From positions 1-29,649 of the forward strand of contig JBHHXT010000045.1 of assembly GCA_046757165.1 (NCBI GenBank): a stretch of DNA of 29,649 nucleotides. The letters are read 5' to 3'. The position numbers and the translations under genes were made by a program. This document shows, in pieces, positions 25,052 to 29,649 of the stretch. The stretch is from a bacterium (lineage in GTDB: Bacteria > Zhuqueibacterota > Zhuqueibacteria > Oceanimicrobiales > Oceanimicrobiaceae). How positions within the stretch are numbered: the stretch's first letter is position 1; the number at the start of each line of letters is the position of its first letter. The notes beneath the pieces are model-generated. The model saw nothing but the letters and a program-made list of their open reading frames with translations, ran no database searches and was not told where the DNA came from.

Positions 25052-26896
25052 ATGAAAAAGTACTTAATCTTAACCGTGCTTGCTGTTTTGTTTATCATTG
25101 TGTTGATAGTGAGCTGCAGCAAAGACAAATCACCCACCGGGCCTGAACCGTCGCCATTTGTCAAGGCATCGGACTGGGTGGCCGGTGTGAATTGGGACAA
25201 CAAAACGGAGGTCACGATCAACATGGTCGAATCTGGCCAGGCCTTGTCGTTTAGTCCCAACACCCTGACGTTTGAAGCTGGCAAACCCTACGTCTTGAAG
25301 GTTGTGAATCCTGCCGGAAACGCCAGCAAACACTATTTTGCCACGCAGGAAGTGTTTCCGGATTTTTACAAATCTATCGCGACCCGTAAGATTGAAACCG
25401 CTGATGCCGAGTACAAGGCGCCTTACTTCAGGGCTGTAGAATTGCTGATCGGCGGCGAGCTCGAGATCTTTTTTGTGCCAGTTTTGGCCGGCGAGTATGA
25501 CTTCCTCTGTACAATTCCGGGGCACGCGGAAGCGGGGATGACCGGGAAGATTACCATTACCGGCGGCGAAGGGTATGAATTGGATTTGGAGGTAGATTCC
25601 GGCTTTGACACCGGTCTCATTACCGATGCCAGAACTTCCGGATCGCATGCTGTCTGGACGGATGCTCGTGAGCTGACTGTCGAGATGGTGGAGAATGCCG
25701 ACGGTTCTTTGGCCTATAATCCGTCTACCTTGAACTTGATGGTGGGCAAGGGATACAAAATCAACATCGTGAATGCCTCCGGACATGCGAGCAAACACTA
25801 TTACACGGCTTCTGAGTTCTACAAAACCGTGGTGACCAGGAAGGCTGAGGACGGGTATGCTGAGATAAAGATGCCCTACATGAAGGCGGTCGAGCTCTTG
25901 ATCGGGGGCAAAACCGAGCTCTTCATGGTCCCGACCAAAGCAGGTTCGTACGAAGTATTCTGCACCATTCCCGGACACCGGGATGCGGGCATGGAAGGAC
26001 TCGTCGTCATCGTCGACAATGCCCCCTCGCCGTTTGTAAACGCATCAGACTGGGTCGCCAATGTCAACTGGGATGAAAGGCAGGAGGTGGAAATAGAGAT
26101 GGTTGAATCGGGAGCGAGTTTATCCTTCAGTCCCAACAACCTGACTTTTGAAGCGGGCAAACCCTACGTCCTGAAGGTCGTGAATCCCGCCGGAAACGCC
26201 AGCAAACACTATTTTGCCACCCAGGAGGTATTTCCGGACTTCTACAAAGCGATCGCGACCCGTAAGATCGAGACTGCGGATGCCGAGTACAAGGCGCCTT
26301 ATTTCCGGGCGGTGGAGCTGTTGATCGGCGGCGAGCTCGAGATTTTCTTCGTACCGGTGATTGCCGGAACCTATGACTTTCTGTGCACCATTCCCGGGCA
26401 TGCCGATGCCGGGATGACCGGCAAGATCACCATCACCGGCGGCGCCGGGTATGAATTGGATTTGGAAGTCGACTCGGGTTTCGATACCGGTCTCATCACC
26501 GATCCCAGAACCTCCGGCTCACACGATGTGTGGACAACGGCAGAAGAAATCACTGTCGAGATGGTTGAGAATGCCGACGGCTCGTTGGCCTATAATCCAT
26601 CTGACCTGAATCTGACAAAAGATAAAGGGTACATCATCCATATCGTCAATGCGGCCGGACATGTGAGTAAACATTACTACACGGCCGCTGAGTTTTATAA
26701 GACGGTGGTCACACGGAAAGCTGAAGATGGTTATGGTGAGATCAAAATGCCCTACATGAAAGCCGTGGAGCTCTTGATCGGCGGCGAAACCGAGCTCTTC
26801 ATGGTTCCCACACAAACCGGGACATTTGAGGTGTTCTGCACCATCACCGGCCACAGAGACGCGGGCATGGAAGGACTCGTCATCGTTGTTGAGTAA
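25052..26896 (+). CDS. Lipoprotein with four type-1 blue-copper domains (internal duplication)
   Basis: Lipobox IVSC; four KHY...CTI(P/T)GH..AGM motifs; 292-aa unit repeated twice. Confidence 0.92.
   Translation: MKKYLILTVLAVLFIIVLIVSCSKDKSPTGPEPSPFVKASDWVAGVNWDNKTEVTINMVESGQALSFSPNTLTFEAGKPYVLKVVNPAGNASKHYFATQEVFPDFYKSIATRKIETADAEYKAPYFRAVELLIGGELEIFFVPVLAGEYDFLCTIPGHAEAGMTGKITITGGEGYELDLEVDSGFDTGLITDARTSGSHAVWTDARELTVEMVENADGSLAYNPSTLNLMVGKGYKINIVNASGHASKHYYTASEFYKTVVTRKAEDGYAEIKMPYMKAVELLIGGKTELFMVPTKAGSYEVFCTIPGHRDAGMEGLVVIVDNAPSPFVNASDWVANVNWDERQEVEIEMVESGASLSFSPNNLTFEAGKPYVLKVVNPAGNASKHYFATQEVFPDFYKAIATRKIETADAEYKAPYFRAVELLIGGELEIFFVPVIAGTYDFLCTIPGHADAGMTGKITITGGAGYELDLEVDSGFDTGLITDPRTSGSHDVWTTAEEITVEMVENADGSLAYNPSDLNLTKDKGYIIHIVNAAGHVSKHYYTAAEFYKTVVTRKAEDGYGEIKMPYMKAVELLIGGETELFMVPTQTGTFEVFCTITGHRDAGMEGLVIVVE
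25151..26893 (+). repeat. Intragenic tandem duplication with 876-nt period
   Basis: SPFVKASDW at 25151 and SPFVNASDW at 26027; near-identical protein with many synonymous differences. A third homologous unit lies at about 24119-24982. Confidence 0.9.
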
Positions 26897-26946
26897 GGGA
26901 ACTGACATGAACGGTTTGACACCCTCTCTTCTCAACTGCAGTGAAA

Positions 26947-26976
26947 AACAGAAGGGGACGAATGTCCCCTTCTGTT
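26947..26976 (+). terminator. Probable intrinsic terminator
   Basis: Perfect 13-bp stem AACAGAAGGGGAC-GAAT-GTCCCCTTCTGTT, 50 nt after the stop at 26896. Confidence 0.75.
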
Positions 26977-27000
26977 GAAATTATGAACTGTGAAATAAAA

Positions 27001-27447
27001 ATGAAGATCGTCCATCTATTTCTGCTCATCCTTTTTGTCCTTCACCAGACGCCCTTCCTAGGGTGGAGCTTTCAAAAGAAGGATGCGGTGGCGTGCTCGT
27101 GTTTGAGAATGCAGGACTGCTGCCAAAACCTGGGTAACGGGCAGATGGGGTGTACAAGCATGGACGACGGAGCACCGGCAGGCGTGTGCCTCAGGGCATC
27201 CGAAAACCACAGTAAATCAGAGTCGAATGTTGTCATGACAGTCTTCGAGGCGTATCTCCCTGCAGCCTTTTGCACGCAAATACCAAAGACGCCGAAGTTC
27301 ATGAACTTTCAAGATGGGTGTGAACTCTATTCGGATGCCGAACACCCCTGTCAAGAAAAGCCCCCGAGAATGAACGAGTTTAGCCAAAACACTTTTTTCT
27401 TCGCCGGACGGTTGAACAGCAAACTTGTCTTAACTAGGAGGTCATAA
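27001..27447 (+). CDS. Cys-rich exported hypothetical protein, candidate metal-responsive leader (CruR/CutF-like layout)
   Basis: Hydrophobic N-terminus, CSC.....CC...C...C and late EKPPR; directly upstream of the transporter gene. Start uncertain. Confidence 0.55.
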   Translation: MKIVHLFLLILFVLHQTPFLGWSFQKKDAVACSCLRMQDCCQNLGNGQMGCTSMDDGAPAGVCLRASENHSKSESNVVMTVFEAYLPAAFCTQIPKTPKFMNFQDGCELYSDAEHPCQEKPPRMNEFSQNTFFFAGRLNSKLVLTRRS

Positions 27448-27450
27448 GAA

Positions 27451-28476
27451 ATGAAAAAAGTCATTACGCTCATCGTTCTTATCGGGGGAATTCTTCTTGG
27501 CAGTTGGCGAAACAGTGATTTTTCGGTCGTGCCCGACGATGCTGCGGCATGTGACTATTGCCTCTTGACCCGTGGGTTTGCCCCTCCCGAAACGCCTCCG
27601 GGGCTGGGACTGCGGGCGGATGCCAGATATACGGTTCTCAATTCCGTTTTTGCGGGAACCAATCAAGTCGCAAACCATGATGGTGAGAAGGAGACCCATT
27701 TCACGACGCAGCTAACCCTCCGTTACGGGTTTTCTGAGAAGTTCACGCTTGTTGGCATTCTGCCGATTCCAAGACGCTCGGTTTCACTGAGGTCGCACGA
27801 AGCTCACGCCAACGAGGAACCGGCAGAAGAGGCCGATCATGGTCAGCTTCATCAACACGCCGCCTCTGGCTCCGCCTTGAATTTCGGCGACCTGACTATT
27901 CTGGGAAGATATACCTTCCTAAAGCTCAGTACCTTCAAACAAGCCACGACCCTGGCGTTGGAAGGCGGCATCAAAGTCCCGACGGGTCAGACCGACGCCC
28001 GGGACGCTGAGGGCCATTCCCTGGATGCCCATATTCAACCCGGGACCGGTTCCTGGAATTATCTGGTGGGACTTTCCGTGAATCACATCAACAACACCTT
28101 TGGCCTCTCCAGCAACTTGCTCTATTCGTTCAACACCACGGGCGAAGCCGGGGAGGACGACTATCGATACGGCAACTGGTTGAATGCTGACCTCACGGCT
28201 AAGGTTGAACTCCTTTCGTCGCAGAGGAGCGGAAGAAGTTTTTTCTTGACATTTGGCCTCAATGGAGAATTCAGAGGCAAAGAGAAAATCAACGGCCAGG
28301 AGATTGAAAATACAGGTGGAGAGGTTCTCTACTTATCGCCAGGCGTGCAAATCAAGATTTCACGAAGCATAAAAGTCGAAGCGTCGTTTCAATATCCCTT
28401 TTATCACAATCTAAACGGTGAACAACAGCTAGGAGAGGATTTCAAAACCTTTTTTGGTTTCAATTACTTGTTATGA
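27451..28476 (+). CDS. Outer-membrane beta-barrel transporter (MetA-pathway-like) with CxxC and His-rich loop
   Basis: Signal peptide, ACDYC, HEAHANEE...DHGQLHQH, GDLT, GIKVPTG, QPGTGSW and LYLSPG motifs. AGGAGG RBS. Confidence 0.8.
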   Translation: MKKVITLIVLIGGILLGSWRNSDFSVVPDDAAACDYCLLTRGFAPPETPPGLGLRADARYTVLNSVFAGTNQVANHDGEKETHFTTQLTLRYGFSEKFTLVGILPIPRRSVSLRSHEAHANEEPAEEADHGQLHQHAASGSALNFGDLTILGRYTFLKLSTFKQATTLALEGGIKVPTGQTDARDAEGHSLDAHIQPGTGSWNYLVGLSVNHINNTFGLSSNLLYSFNTTGEAGEDDYRYGNWLNADLTAKVELLSSQRSGRSFFLTFGLNGEFRGKEKINGQEIENTGGEVLYLSPGVQIKISRSIKVEASFQYPFYHNLNGEQQLGEDFKTFFGFNYLL

Positions 28477-28586
28477 ATAAAGTTCAGTAATGAACTCGAG
28501 GTCAGACGGGGGCATCGAAATCGAGGAGCGGAACCCAGGGGCTGGTGTTAGCGCGACTGGAATCAGGTCTATCAGGAGAAGGAAAA

Positions 28587-29649
28587 ATGAAACTCGTCAG
28601 GATCTTGTACGCATGTAGTGTCTTTGTAGGTGTGGCGGGGCTGGCCGCTTTGGCTTGTGATACGTTTGTCCTGGCACCCCCGACTCTCTTAGTCGTCCTC
28701 AGTGCCGACCCGCCGTCCGGCGATGCTCCCTTGCAGGGGGTGGATCTGACCGTCCAGGTCAGCGGCACGGCAACCGGCCCAATAACCTACCGCTTCGACT
28801 GCACGAATGATGGCACGTCTGACGTCAACACCACCGAGGATGGCAATACCTATACCGCAGTGGATGTGTGCAGTTATGATGAGGCGGGCACCTATACGGC
28901 GAAAGTCGTGGCAGAGCGTGACGGGGTGACGGCGGAAGCCACAGCAACGATTACCGTTGAATCTGCTCCACCGTCCTCGTCGACAAATGATACGGTCACC
29001 GTTTCCATGAAGGACAACTTTTTCTCGCCCCGGGAAGTGACGGTCAAGCCAGGTGCCACCATCATCTGGCCAAATGACGGGAGCCGGCCGCATACCTCCA
29101 CCAGTGATGACGACATCTGGGACTCGGGCACGGTCGATCCCGGAGGGTCCTTTAGCTGGACCGTCCCGGCAACGGCGCAATCCGGAACCAGCCTCCCCTA
29201 CTTCTGTGTGTTCCATGGCGCCAGGGGCGGCGTTGGAATGGCAGGAGTCATCAGAGTAGACGACGGCGCACCCCCACCACCTGCCACAGATACGGTTCGT
29301 GTTTCCATGAAAGACGCCTTCTTTTCACCAAGAGATGCACACGTCGGTCCTGGAACAACCATTCTTTGGAAGAACTTTGGTCTTATCGCTCATACCTCGA
29401 CCAGCGACGATAACATCTGGGATTCCGGCACGGTTCAACAAGGCGAATCCTACGCCTGGACCGTCCCGACAGAAACACCGCTGGGGACGACTTTTCCATA
29501 CTTCTGCATCTTCCACGGAGACCCTGGTGGCGTGGGAATGGCCGGCACCATTCGCGTAGGTTCGGGTGAAAAAACCCTTTCGGTGGCGCTCGGTGCGGAT
29601 CCAGCTTCCGGCGAGGCGCCCTTGCAGGGGGTGGATCTGGTGGCCCAGG
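28587..29649 (+). CDS. Lipoprotein with PKD-like and plastocyanin-like domains (partial, runs off the window)
   Basis: Manual translation from ATG 28587 (AGGAGAAGGA RBS): MKLVRILY...AALAC, PKD-like unit (ADPPSGDAPL...YDEAGTYTAKV), two HTSTS...YFC(V/I)FHG..GGVGM cupredoxin domains, then the start of a second PKD unit (ADPASGEAPLQGVDL). No stop before the window end. Confidence 0.88.
   Translation, partial: MKLVRILYACSVFVGVAGLAALACDTFVLAPPTLLVVLSADPPSGDAPLQGVDLTVQVSGTATGPITYRFDCTNDGTSDVNTTEDGNTYTAVDVCSYDEAGTYTAKVVAERDGVTAEATATITVESAPPSSSTNDTVTVSMKDNFFSPREVTVKPGATIIWPNDGSRPHTSTSDDDIWDSGTVDPGGSFSWTVPATAQSGTSLPYFCVFHGARGGVGMAGVIRVDDGAPPPPATDTVRVSMKDAFFSPRDAHVGPGTTILWKNFGLIAHTSTSDDNIWDSGTVQQGESYAWTVPTETPLGTTFPYFCIFHGDPGGVGMAGTIRVGSGEKTLSVALGADPASGEAPLQGVDLVAQ

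Noticed and set aside
24029..26896. Multicopper oxidase or NirK; or an assembly artefact
   Set aside because: Only type-1 ligand sets are seen, and the copies differ at many synonymous sites.
1..29649. CRISPR arrays, tRNA/rRNA genes, transposases or integrases
   Set aside because: None recognisable by eye; the repeats present are coding-domain duplications or isolated hairpins.

Overview
A 29.6 kb, almost entirely + strand, copper- and heme-rich electron-transfer island from a diderm bacterium. It begins with the 5' part of a divergent CopG/BrnA-type antitoxin gene. Next come a Cyc2-like monoheme cytochrome-porin with a cupredoxin gene and two tandem histidine kinase/NtrC-family sigma54 activator pairs. 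An apparent ~12 kb operon follows: second Cyc2-like cytochrome-porin, stand-alone cNMP-binding protein, cupredoxin, CuA protein, NapH/NosR-like polyferredoxin, small 8-Cys protein, CuA-cytochrome c fusion, GltD/NfnB/DsrL-like NAD(P) oxidoreductase, Rieske protein, split cytochrome b6/subunit IV, octaheme cytochrome c and monoheme lipoprotein. A further unit with a sigma54 motif encodes a receiver protein and lipoproteins with 2 and 4 blue-copper domains. The window ends with a Cys-rich leader-like ORF, a His/CxxC outer-membrane transporter and a truncated PKD/cupredoxin lipoprotein missing from the ORF track. Motif counts are at least 10 type-1 Cu sites, 2 CuA sites and 12 c-heme motifs, with no heme-copper oxidase subunit I or NosZ. 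The main hypothesis (inference) is a cell-surface-to-NAD(P) electron conduit joining a Cyc2/cupredoxin module to an anammox-like Rieske/cytb-NAD(P) oxidoreductase complex. All family calls come from motif recognition, not database searches.
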